Assembly (NCBI RefSeq): GCF_000143415.4
Contig: NW_003314281.1
Span: 670,833-734,832, forward strand
Source of the DNA: Selaginella moellendorffii
Taxonomy: Eukaryota; Plantae; Lycopodiophyta
DNA length: 64,000 bases
Direction: 5' to 3'
Positions 12,696 to 24,200 of this stretch are shown one piece after another. Position 1 is the first letter of the stretch. Every line of letters starts with the position of its first letter. The translations under genes and the position numbers were made by a program. Under the pieces are notes generated by a model that was not told where the DNA came from, ran no database searches, and worked only from the letters and a program-made list of their open reading frames with translations.

Positions 12696-13874
12696 CCGGT
12701 GCCAGCGCCCTTTCTTCTCCAATCTGGCGATCAAGCAACACAAGCACAGCCACGCTTCACGAATCAATAGAATCGAGAAAACGAAAGGAAGAGAAAGACA
12801 AGGAAAAAAGTCCAAGCTACAGTGGCGAGGGAGGACTAGTGCTCTTCGCCGTCAAGCGAGGACGAGAGAGGAGCGAATCAGTGCCTCGACACCCTACCTC
12901 TTGCGAAGCGGAGCTCCAAATTCCCGGGAAATCGCCTCGTGGCGAGCTGCAAACACCGCATTTCAGCGCCATTGCACGGATTCCAAACGGCGATCGATCG
13001 GCATCCATTGATCGCTCGAAATCTTGGGGTAGAATCACAACGCACCTCTCACGGACGCGCTCGTCGCCGCCTTCCTTTGCCCCGGCGCAGTAACGAACGG
13101 AGGTTTCTTTTAAGTGGGCTGAAGCCCCCCAAAAGCACAGTGTCCTTGCGCAGCTCACGTTTACACTGCAAGGACTGGTGACAGGTGTCATCCATCGGCC
13201 CAGTGGCAAAAGCATAACATATACCCACTACCGTTGATTGGCCGCATGCCCAACTAGTTAAGCTACCAATGCATTCACATGGACAAATTGGAGATTCTAG
13301 AATATTTTACAGATCCCCAGAGTGGGCGATCATATCCAAGATCTCCATTTGATTACTCCAAACAAAAGAACACTGGGCGCAAACTTTGGATCGATCAAAG
13401 AAAAAACTCCGGCGTTTGTTATTTTAGTCGCGGCTCTTCTCGGACTTGCAACGTGACAAAACACCACTTGCGAAAAGATTCCATGGCATATTCTATCGCA
13501 TCCCAGGAGATTCCTTTGTCTTGAATGGCTGGTAAAGCTGAGGTTTCATGTGTAGGCACTCCCGCAAAGGCTACGTAGATATCTTCCCCTTTTGTGTGGA
13601 AAAAATATCACATGCTTCATGGCCAAGGAGACGAGCCACGTGGTGGTAAAGGTAAAAATCTCACTAAATGGGAAAAGCATTTTTATCTTTATCTTTCCAG
13701 AAGGAATCTTTTCAATCATATATATGATCATTCCTCCCATTGCGCCACGTCACGCGAGCTGATCTGGCGAGCACTTAACTAACAAAGCCGGCCAATGTTG
13801 ACGATGGAAGTTAACAAGAAAACGCGTCAAGCACGATGGAACATTCCACCGTCTGTTAGGGCAAAAAAAATGGG

Positions 13875-15300
13875 CTATGAGTCAGCATCGTGACGCGGAT
13901 GCCGCGTGGCAGACTTGTCCAGCTCAAGCTCTCCCACCACTCGGCCATTCTCGAGCCTGATCCAAGTTCTCGGTTTCTCGCCGGAGTTCTCGGACAGTTC
14001 TATCACTCTCGCGCCTCTCGTCCAGCTTCCATAGCCTCCATAGCCACTGTGCCGAGCAAAACACAGCCAGAGGCCGCCACTGCCGCTTGGGCAGCACCAA
14101 TCCAGGCCGTGGTTATGCCCGACCACCACTGCCTGTGTGATAAGATTCATAGAACTGTTAGAATCGATCGAGAAGTTTTGTAGCGAGTGATCACTTACCT
14201 TTGCCGATGGTCTCTTCGCGAGAATGCCCATGATTCCCCACTCGGCCGACTGGCTCGCGACGTTTTCCTCGTTGAGGGATCCGATGCATGGAGCCGCTAT
14301 GGGCGAGCTTGGCTTTGGAGCCACGGATTCGTAGGCCTTGCTTGGAATGTGCCAGAAGACGAGCTCTTGCGTCCTGGACAAAGTTCCAAAGCGTTATTCT
14401 ACCAGGAAAGTTGGAAAACTTGGATCGAGCAAGAAGGCTTAACTGGTTGTCGGGGTTGAGAGCTGCCGAAACATCTCGGAACCAAGATGCTTGTTTCGCG
14501 GAGATGACTTGCGGGTAAGAACCGCCACCCGAGTCCATCAAGTAGAGAAGTGCTGCTGTGGATCCCGGTTTCCTGTGAGACGCAATTGGAAGAGCGAAGT
14601 TGGAGACGCTGGGCCAGAGTGATGGCGGGCCTTGCACGGAAACGGACAATGCACTCTTGAGATCTTCTTCCATGAGCTCTGCACGACTCGTGCCTTGGAA
14701 GTAGGCGTAATGTCCTGGACAAGGGAAAAAAGAAAGTTTTTCGATAGTTCAACTTGATGATGATCTAAAGTCTACTTGAGAGATTGCTTTTACCTGGTGA
14801 TGCTCCAGGAACTCCGGAAGGTCCAAACCACTGTGCGGGCCATTCGAAGGGCGCGTCATCGTGGTTCCCAAAAACAGCCGCCCATGGAATGCTTCTCTTT
14901 GCGGTGGCCTCGGTTGCCTGCTTCCAGTACTTTGTAGCATTCTTCACAGGAAGATTGTTGGCCGTCAAAACATCACCCAAGAAGACCACCAAGTCTGCAA
15001 AACAACCCAGCTCTCAATCAAACTAAATGAAAGATAGATCTTGGCGAGTTTTTCCCCCAGTTTTTTCTCACCTGGCTTTTCAGCATCGAGAATGTAGGAC
15101 ATGACTCGGTCGGATTTTCGGTCCTGCTCCGGCCCCCAATTCTCCCAGGCATTCTCTCCAAAGTGCAAGTCTGCGAAAGCGACGATCTTAAACTTGCCTG
15201 TGGCTCCATCAAAGCGCAGCGATCTTTTGGGCGAATCCTGGCATGTGGCACGGAGCAAGAAAGAGATGATGAGCGCGACGGAGATCACCACACCACCCAT
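13875..15300 (-). CDS. Calcineurin-like metallophosphoesterase, PAP16/DCR2-like; spliced
   Basis: Signal peptide, [34 protein letters not shown]. Confidence 0.88.
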
Positions 15301-15431
15301 CTTACAAGGAGCAGCATATACTAAGACGCATATACCATTCATCATAAGAAAAGTTAAAATTTAAAGGAGTGTTTCCATGTTATATTCTCTTAGAATAATC
15401 ACTCCGTACTTAAGGTCGTGGCATGAATTTT

Positions 15432-15451
15432 GCCACGTGGTACCCACGTCA
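15432..15451. promoter_or_regulatory. G-box/ABRE pair in the 184-bp divergent PAP16-like/CHL intergenic region
   Basis: GCCACGTGG followed by CCACGTCA. Confidence 0.45.
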
Positions 15452-15484
15452 GACAATGTGATCTGGCAAATCCATTATCCGGCT

Positions 15485-16695
15485 ATGGCTTGCTCAGCGT
15501 CAAGAGCGATCCATCCGGTAGCTTGGGCTCGTCCAGAAGTTCCATCTCCATCACCTTCTCGTCACAGGTGACAGATAAAAATCCAGGCGTTTTTCTTTTT
15601 TATGATCGGTTTTGCAGCCAAGGGGATCATGTCAAGCTGCCTTCCGCGGCAAACGTTGCTCAACGCGCTGCAGTGGCGGCGGCTGTTCTAGTCCTATGCA
15701 CGAACACGAGCGAGGTAAGAAACACTTCTTTAAAGATCACGCACAAAACGTTTCGAGAATCTGGAGTTCTCTAACAGGCCATGGAGCAGACGGCCAATGT
15801 TGATCATTCCTTGGTGTCCACGATCAGTTCGAGCGAAGAAGAAAAGCCGCCGCCATTTATGATGGCCGGGATGACCGCCAAGAACTTTGATCCCGCCAGG
15901 TATGCCGGTCGATGGTTTGAAGTCGCGTCTCTCAAGCGAGGATTTGCCGGACAAGGCCAGGAAGATTGCCATTGCACACAAGTAAGTTCCAAGTTCTCTC
16001 GTTCTCGCTTTGAAACTCTCTTCTTCTTCATGGGCTTTTCATCTGAGATCCTGTACAGGGAGTGTATCGGTTCGACGAGGCCAACCGAGCGCTCCAAGTG
16101 GACACATTTTGCGTGCATGGCTCCCCCGATGGATACGTGACGGGGATCAGAGGTAAAGTCCAGTGTACCGCGGACACCAGCCTCAAGCGCGAGGTGGCGG
16201 CGCTGCAAATCGAAGGTGGCGTCTCCGAGAGGTGCTACCTTCGCTTCCCAACGCTGCCATTCATCCCAAGGGAGCCATACGACGTGATCTCCACGGACTA
16301 CGACTCGTACGCTCTTGTCTCGGGAGCGAAAGACACGAGTTTCGTCCAGGTTGGTTGCTTTTCTCGAAGCTTTTCGAAGATCTCCTCCATTTTTTCGATG
16401 ATCCAACTAGATCTACTCGCGGACTCCAAACCCGGGGCGAGAGTTCATCGACAAGTACAAGGCATTCCTTGGAGAGCTGGGATATGACGACGCTGCGATC
16501 AAAGACACGCCTCAAGACTGCCAGGAGATGTCCATGGGCGATTTGTCAGCGATGATGGCAGCTCCCGGGATGGAAGAGATGATGAGCAACACTTTCTATC
16601 CTCCTCCACTGGGCCTCACCAAAGCGGTGGAGTTCAATCCATTCACGAGCATCTTTGACACCCTGAAGAAGCTTGTCAAGCTCTACTTCTCGTGA
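15485..16695 (+). CDS. CHL: Chloroplastic lipocalin; spliced
   Basis: Transit-like N-terminus, FDPARYAGRWFEVASLKRGFAGQGQEDCHCTQ, PYDVISTDYD, C-terminal FDTLKKLVKLYFS. Confidence 0.92.
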
Positions 16696-16784
16696 ATCTG
16701 ATCAAGACAAAACTTTCTTTTGATCGTGAAAAGTTTTCCTTGTCTTTGATTTACGCGTCGTTTTCACTTCTTGGACTTTCGGCT

Positions 16785-17974
16785 ATGGCGGAGGTTCCCT
16801 CCTTGACGCTCAAGAGTCCTTCGCACATCGCCATGCCGGCTCTTGGGTTTGGCAGTGGAACCCGAAGTGACTCCCAGGAGATCAGCGACGCTGTTGTTTG
16901 CGCGATCAAGGTATCTTTTTCCCCCTCTGCTACAATGGAATGCTAGAACTTTGTTCCTCCAGCTTGGATATCGGCACTTCGACACGGCCAGTGTCTATGG
17001 AACCGAGGCTGCGATTGGAGCCGGCCTCGCACAGGCTATGGATGCCGGCCTCGTTACAAGACCCCAGCTTTTTGTCACTTCCAAGCTCCATAGCGACATG
17101 CACGACGACGTTCTTGGAGCTGTGAAAACAAGCCTCAGGTATTCATCTCTTTCTCTCTTTTCAGCTCATTCTAGCTTTTTCTTTCCTGTGTTTCTCCAAA
17201 GCAATCTCAAGCTGGACTACTTGGATCTATATCTGATCCATGCTCCACTTAAGATAAGAAGAACGAACTACGCATCCTTTCCAGCCGAGGAAGACTTCTT
17301 GCCATTAGATTTAAGAGGCACTTGGCAGGGAATGGAGGAGTGCTTGCAGCAGGGTCTTGCTCGAGCGATTGGAGTGAGTAACTTTAGCGTGAAAAAGCTC
17401 CAGGACTTGATGGAGCATGCCAAAGTCATCCCAGCAGTTAACCAGGTAGCCACATCTTTCACTCCTCTATAGCAAAGATCACCATAACATTCGCTTGTGT
17501 GTTTCCAAAAGGTTGAGCTTCATCCAGTGTGGCAGCAGCGAAAGCTTCGAGACTTTTGCAGCAGCATGGGGATCCAAGTCGTGGCATGGTCTCCACTGGG
17601 TGGTCTTGGAAAACCATGGGGCTCTCGCAGCGTTTTAGACAATCCAGTCGTTCAAGAGCTCGCATCCAAGTACCAGAAAACTCCAGCTCAGGTGTGTAGC
17701 AAAGGAAAAGTTCCTGGAAAAGTTTTTTCATCTTGTTTTCCAGATAATTCTTCGCTGGATCACCACGCTCGGACTCGGTGCCATCGTCAAGAGCTACAAC
17801 CCCGATCGACTCGCGCAAAACCTCCAGAGCTTCGACTTCTCTCTGAGCGAGCAAGATCTGGCAAAGATCGAAAGCATCGCTCCGCAGGAGAGGCTGGCGA
17901 AGTGGAAAGAGCTGTGTAACTCCACAACCAGTCCATACAAATCTCCACACGAGCTATGGGATGGCGAGCTCTAG
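16785..17974 (+). CDS. Aldo-keto reductase (AKR4-type); spliced
   Basis: MPALGFG, GYRHFDTASVY, LFVTSKL, DLYLIH, IGVSNFS, NQVELHP, C-terminal ELWDGEL. Confidence 0.93.
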
Positions 17975-17987
17975 CTGGAGAACTTTG

Positions 17988-19766
17988 CTAAGCTCTTCGT
18001 GTGCTGGTTATATTGGCAAGAACAACGTAAGGTGCCGCGCTTGTGGGTTCCAATCCAACTGCGCGCCTCGTCGCCACAGCCCCCCGGCGAGGATCCGTGA
18101 AGCTGGAGCAAGCTCCCAGCAAGGATTTCCAATCGCTAGCATCGCCGACGAATGGCATGGAGGTGATGAGCTCCTCCGCCTCGACCAAGTATCCCGCTCG
18201 TCCCAGCAGATCGATCATGGCGCTGTAGTGCTGCTTGATCGCTGCCAAGCCAAAATCCACGACCATGGACGCGAAGCACGCAACCCCGCGATCGACGTCG
18301 CCGGCATGGCTAAGCGCGACGAGGATGGAGCAAAAGGATACCGGGCTCGGCAGGATCTCGTCGCAGGCGATGGCGATCTGGAAGAAGTGGATCGCGAGCT
18401 CGGGATCGGCGTTTTGGGCGAGTGCCGCGAGGATTGAGTTCGCGGCCAGCGCGTCCCTGTGGAACATCCGGTCGAAGAGGAGCTTGGCTTCGCGGGTGTG
18501 GCCGTTTTGAGCGTAGGCGGAGAGGATCGAGCTCCATGCAGCGTAGCTCTTTTCAGGCATTGAATCAAACATGGAGCGAGATTTTTGGAGCTCGCCATTG
18601 CGAGAGAGAGCGTGGATCATGGCCGAGGTGGAGACGATGTCGCGGTGAGGCATCGAGTGGAAGATCTCCTGGGCGAAGTCAAGATGCCCAACTTGGGCAT
18701 ATGCGTGGAGCATCAGAGTATACGATACTGTGTCCCATTCTAGCATTTGATCAAACAAATATTTGGCTTTATCAATGTCTTTGGAGTGAACAAACGCAGC
18801 TAGGATAGCATTCCACGAAATCAAGTTTCTCTCTTTCATGGAATCAAATACTTTCTTCGCCATAACAAGATGCTCGTTCTCGGCATATGCTGTTATCATG
18901 GCCGTCCACGCGATTACATCGTGACGCTCCATTGCGTAAAATATCCTTTCGGCCTCCTCGATCTTTCCTACTTTTCCGTAGACTCCCAAGATTGCGGTGT
19001 CTGCAACATTGTTGCGCAATGGCATTTTCTCGTAGAATACCAGAGCATCTTCCAGATGACTGCTTTGGGCATATGCCGAAAGCATTGCGTTTAGCGATGA
19101 AAGGTCCCATTCTGCCATTCTATCAAAGAGATGCTTTGCTTGGCTTAACTGGCCGTTCACGGAGAAGGCAGCGATCATAGCATTGCATGAGACAGGGCTC
19201 CACTCGGGCATCCTCAGGAATATTCGTAATGCCTCTTCCGTACGTCCGGCCTTGGCATATGCCGACACAAGGGAAGTCCATCCATAGAGATTCCTCTCCT
19301 TCATTCTATCAAAGAGGATCTTTGCCCGAACGCAGTCTCCTGCCTGCGAATATGCATCCAACATGGCAGACCAAGATACCAAATTCCGCTCGGGCATGGA
19401 ATCAAACACGAGTTGTGCTGCGGGAATATGCCCGTTCTGGGAATATGCCACCACCATGGCCGTCCACGAGAGAAGATTCCTCTCCGGCATGGAATCAAAC
19501 ACGTCTTTGGCTTGGACCACATTTCCGTGCCTGCCGTACGCCGACACCATTGCCGTCCACGTCACCACATTGTGCTCCGGCATGGAATCAAAGAGCCTCT
19601 TGGACTCCTCCAGATACCCATTCTGGGCATATGCGCAGAGCATATTCACCCACGAGTACGCGTCCTTGCGCGCGATCCCATCGAACACGTGGCGCGCATG
19701 GTCGACGCGGCCGCCGATTCCCAGCGCCCGGATCAACCGGTTGCGGTCATACACGGCGTCCAGCAT
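17988..19766 (-). CDS. PLS-class PPR protein with E1-like C-terminus, no DYW
   Basis: Tandem 31-aa repeats (FDSMPERNLVSW) ending HYSAMIDLLGRAG...PYVVLANI. First in-frame ATG is at 19766. Confidence 0.9.
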   Translation of the reverse strand: MLDAVYDRNRLIRALGIGGRVDHARHVFDGIARKDAYSWVNMLCAYAQNGYLEESKRLFDSMPEHNVVTWTAMVSAYGRHGNVVQAKDVFDSMPERNLLSWTAMVVAYSQNGHIPAAQLVFDSMPERNLVSWSAMLDAYSQAGDCVRAKILFDRMKERNLYGWTSLVSAYAKAGRTEEALRIFLRMPEWSPVSCNAMIAAFSVNGQLSQAKHLFDRMAEWDLSSLNAMLSAYAQSSHLEDALVFYEKMPLRNNVADTAILGVYGKVGKIEEAERIFYAMERHDVIAWTAMITAYAENEHLVMAKKVFDSMKERNLISWNAILAAFVHSKDIDKAKYLFDQMLEWDTVSYTLMLHAYAQVGHLDFAQEIFHSMPHRDIVSTSAMIHALSRNGELQKSRSMFDSMPEKSYAAWSSILSAYAQNGHTREAKLLFDRMFHRDALAANSILAALAQNADPELAIHFFQIAIACDEILPSPVSFCSILVALSHAGDVDRGVACFASMVVDFGLAAIKQHYSAMIDLLGRAGYLVEAEELITSMPFVGDASDWKSLLGACSSFTDPRRGAVATRRAVGLEPTSAAPYVVLANITSTRRA

Positions 19767-19973
19767 GGCGGAATATCCCGCCGGGGGCGTTACGCCAGCA
19801 GAATATCCCTCACAAGGACGTTTTTTGGAAGGAATATTCCCGGGCGCTAGGTTTTCGTGGTTGTTTTTTTTTTTTCCTCTTTCGAGCGACAAGGGCGGTG
19901 TTGTGAGAGGTTCGATCGTCTCTCCTTTTTGGTTTTGTGATCTTGATCCTTGGATCGGGAGGCGCGAGAGGCG

Positions 19974-20500
19974 ATGGCGGAGCCGCTGCGCAAGCCGGTG
20001 TTTGGCAAGGTAGATCAGCTGCGGCCCGGCACCAACGGCCATACCCTCGTCGTCAAGGTCTTGAGCTCCAAGCTCGTCCTCCAGAAGCCTCGCCCTGATG
20101 GTAGCCAGGTCCGCCAAATGCGAATCGCCGAGTGTATCGTCGGGGACGAGACCGGAGTGATCGTTTTCGCCGCAAGAAACGAGCAAGGTAAGACCCTTTT
20201 GGATCTCCTCTCTTTCGGATTCTTTGCTTGACTGAGATCTTTTGTGGTTTGGATGGATTTTGGCTGTGATCTTACTGAGAACTTTTTTGCTTGTGTTCTT
20301 CTCCAGTGGATCAAGTGAAAGAAGGCACGACGATTATCATCCGCAACGCGAAGATCGACATGTTCAAGGGATCGATGCGCCTGGCGGTGGACAAGTGGGG
20401 GAGGATAGAGGTGACGGATCCGGCGGACTTTGTGGTCAAGGAGGACAACAATCTCTCCCTGGTGGAGTACGAGCTGGTAAACGTGGTGGACGAGCACTAG
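19974..20500 (+). CDS. OB-fold nucleic-acid-binding protein (At4g28440-like); 2 exons
   Basis: LRKPVFGKVDQLRPGT, GDETGVIVFAARNEQ|VD, NAKIDMFKGSMRLAVDKWGR. Confidence 0.92.
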
Positions 20501-20692
20501 GTAGTGGCTTTGGGTTTTCTTCTACGCTTGCTACACGGTTTCTCAACAATAAGCACAGATCGATCGAGCACAGAAAATCGGGAACCAAAAAAAAATGAGG
20601 AGGCCTTTTGCTAGAGCATGGTTACGGTGGTGGTGTGGTGGTGGTGGTGGGAGGAAGATATTTCTAGAGTGCCAGTGTTATGATTTCCATCA

Positions 20693-21214
20693 TCATAAGT
20701 CTTCGATCCTCGGAGTGCTGGAATTTTTTGCAAGCCACGTTTGACACTCCCGGCAGCTGTTATTGGTATCTCGATTTCTCTCTTGGCAACCGTGGTGTGG
20801 TTTTTCTTCTCTTTGCTTGAATCTTATAAGCTGTGATATCTTCCAGAGACATGGTGCCAGTCCTAGAGAACGTAGCGAAGCGCTCGTCAGAGACATGGTG
20901 CCAGTCCTAGAGAACGTAGCGAAGCGCTCGTACGTACTTGAGCAGCTGGGTCCAGTGATTATCAGCGGCATCTTCTTCAGCAGCTCGTACGAGTCTCGCG
21001 AAATCTGGAGATAATGGCGATAAACAGGGACTGGCAGAGGAGCTTCAAAGAGCCTGGAGAGATCATTGTGGTGGAACTCCATCCCCATGCACAGCTCGAG
21101 GAGCACGAGGGTGGCGGGAACCTCCTCCTGCGAGGTCATCCATCCAGCCATCGCTCGTTCGCCATCGTCGGTGACACTGATGGGAATTGTAGAAGTCAAT
21201 CTTGCAAGATCCAT
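20693..21214 (-). other. Unidentified 173-aa ORF, possibly a disrupted gene
   Basis: ATG ORF with GC-rich codons; contains a 44-bp tandem duplication. Confidence 0.3.
20844..20931. repeat. Perfect 44-bp tandem duplication
   Basis: CAGAGACATGGTGCCAGTCCTAGAGAACGTAGCGAAGCGCTCGT x2. Confidence 0.95.
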
Positions 21215-24200
21215 ATCTTTGGATCTATTTTATACAAAGCTCTTCTGCTCTTGTTAAGATTGATTCTTCCGCTTTGGGCATGAAGGAAAGGAACTCGCTC
21301 GTGACGTGCGGCACGTAAAGAATGTTTTTGGATCGTGTTTTTTCTCTTTGGTGTGGTGTATGTGTATGTTGAACATACATTTTTCAGTCAAAGCGAGATG
21401 TTCATTCCAGCAAGATGATCGAATGATAAATAACACAATAATATTATTATGAGAAAGGAAAGAGTAGACATCGCGTGCTGCCAAAGCTGATGTAAGAATC
21501 AAATTGCCCAGCAGGCATTCAGAAGCCTTGGAAAATACTCACTGAGATTTTGGGATCTGCTGTCAAAGAAAAGATTTTAAGGCTGACTTGAAAATCCTGC
21601 ACCATGAACCACCATTTCTTTTTGCAGAAGTTGGAACAATGTATGAAACCATTTGGTTGGTACTTCCATTCAAGCATAAAGCTGTGCCTCCTTCGTCGGC
21701 TTTAAATTGGTTTTCTTCTTATTCTTCTGGTTCTTGTCCAAGTTTTTTTGCAATTTTTCTATGTGGAAACACACTTTCTTTTCTTATGCCTCCAGAACAG
21801 ACCCCAAAAACATGTATTATTATTATGAATTTTCCTCGAGGATCCCAAAGAGCATACAAACGGCTTACCATGTGGTGAAGCTTGTCTCTTTCTGTTGCTT
21901 AGCAAAAAGATCACTGCTATTTTGTTTGTGTTTCATTTTCAAAGAAATGAAGTCGTGCGAAATATATCTTTTGCAATCCGTGCAAGAATCATTCTTGTTG
22001 ATTTTGGCAATAAAAATTTTTCATAGAAGTTTTGGCGCCCTTGGGGTTGGGGGTACAGAATAAGAGGAGAGGTGGAATGTTTAGAAAGATTCATGGATAT
22101 ATGCTTTGATGCTATGGGACGGACTCAAGCAGGGCCAGGAGTCAGCATCCATAGTTTTGTGTGGATACAGGTATCTTCTTCCCCAGGGGGCAGCAGTAGC
22201 TCTCAGTTGGTCCAGGTCTTATGAATGGTGGCATTAGTATTGGCATATAAAAAATGAAAAAGAAAGACATAGAAAATTTAGTATATTAAAAAGCTTGAGA
22301 ACTTCTTGGGAGGTGTGAAGAACCTGGAGGCAGTTAATGATTGAGTTAATGATGATAAATGCCCATTCCATCGATTCATCTCTCCAGACACTGTTGGATT
22401 GACATGAGAGATTTGATAATTCAGGACAGTAAATAGTTAGTTCTTTTGTATATAGAAAAGAAGGAAAATGGAGCTAAAATTTCCATGGAAACTTATCATT
22501 CAGCAGGAGCTTGGAATTGGTGTTAGCCCTGCAGTCTAGACTACGTAGGTGTTTGCTCTGACCTCTTGTTCTTGCCTTGCTCAGAGAGAAGCAAGAGCAT
22601 TAAAGAGTACAGGGAGATTCCTTTGTTGCTGCTGGATTGAATGGAAACAAAGAGGTGAGATATGATATAGGTATGCAAGTTTCTGATGCAGCGAGGTTAT
22701 ATTGCACGGTCTTTGTGTGTTTTTTTTTCTTTTCTAATGCTTATTAACAACACACACAAAAGTTGCAGCACTGAAAGGGAGTCTCTCTTATATTCACCTC
22801 TATGCAGTAATGGCTAGCTAGTGACAAGAATGGTACAAGAGGGTTTCCACCTGGGCTGATTCATGGGGCAGAGTTCCTAGCACTTTTGGATATGAGCATT
22901 CAAGTCATGGTATATTTATATTGATAATTGTGACAATGCATGCATTTGTTTTTCTTACCTGCAAGAATGCCACAATTAGGCACTTGAGGCTGACACTAAC
23001 AGCAGCAGCATGGAGTTACCTGCACTTCACTTCTGCTGGGTATCCAATTCTGTATTCAAGGGGATGAAAGCAACAAGGGCTAGTGGAAGAATAATTGTCT
23101 TTGTATTGCAGGCTTGTCTTTTATAGTACTTTTCTTCCTTTTCTTTTTTAACCAGTCAAAAGCTTGTCTTTGCAACAACAAATGGGGCAAAATGCCCTTA
23201 AGTGGCATTTTGCAGGGGTAGAGGCAGACTGTGATTTAGGACCCTCTTTGTGCATTGGCACATTTGCATTGAAATTACTTCCCTCCTCCTTAAAGCTAAA
23301 ACCGTACGTTTGGGAGCGCTTTCAGCAGCTCCAGTGGCCGTATATATAGAAGCTCTGTGCAGTGTGCGAAGATGGTAACAGCTTTTTGATTGATGGATTT
23401 GTTGACATTTTCTTTTTTCGTTTTCTTTTTTATTGCAGGGAGATTTTGAGTTTTTTTTTTCAGAAAACTCCCTTTCTTTTGCTGCGGAAGACAAATTAAA
23501 CAGTTTCCATTTTCAACAACCAGCAGCAGCTAGAGAAGACAAGGGTACATTTCTTCCTTGCATGACAGTACCAACGTGCAAAATAGGAATATGTACGGCC
23601 GTTGTCACTAAAGTATTTGAAACTGGCAGAAGATTTGGCACAAAATAATGTAAGCTAGCTCTCTCTCTCTCTCTCTCTCTCTTGTGTGTGTGTGTGACTG
23701 ATATGCATTGGTGGGAATATATATCACTCGATCTGTTTCTTCCATGTGACAAGGTTACACTTCCTATGAGTCAGAAGGGCATTCAAGAACTTTCAAGGCT
23801 TGCAAATCTGGAGAGGTTAAGGTTCCTGCTAGGAAAATGACACTGGCACATGGCAACATTGCAAAGGCTTAAAATCAAGACAAGATCCTTGCAAACATAT
23901 GCCCATGTATACATAAATATATATACACGTATAATATATCTATGATTGCTGGGTCGAAGTGATTGACTTTTACCCAAGCTTCCAAGCTTGACTCACGAGT
24001 GCCCCTCAGTTTCTTATACTTTACACGACAAAACAGGATCTCATTCTTTTACTCGAGATTGGAATACTACAAGTCTTGATTGGGCTGGGCTGTGCCAGCC
24101 ATGGCCAAGTCTGCAGCAACACACAAGTAAGCATCACGTTTTGATCGAGACAAGCAGCTGGCTGGATCGTCTGGATGCGAAAACTCTACTTGCTGTCAAC

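Noticed and set aside
19767-20186. 140-codon N-terminal extension of the PPR ORF overlapping the OB-fold gene antisense
   Set aside because: It has no ATG upstream of 19766 and no PPR-like content; it is best explained as a stop-free antisense frame of a GC-rich exon.
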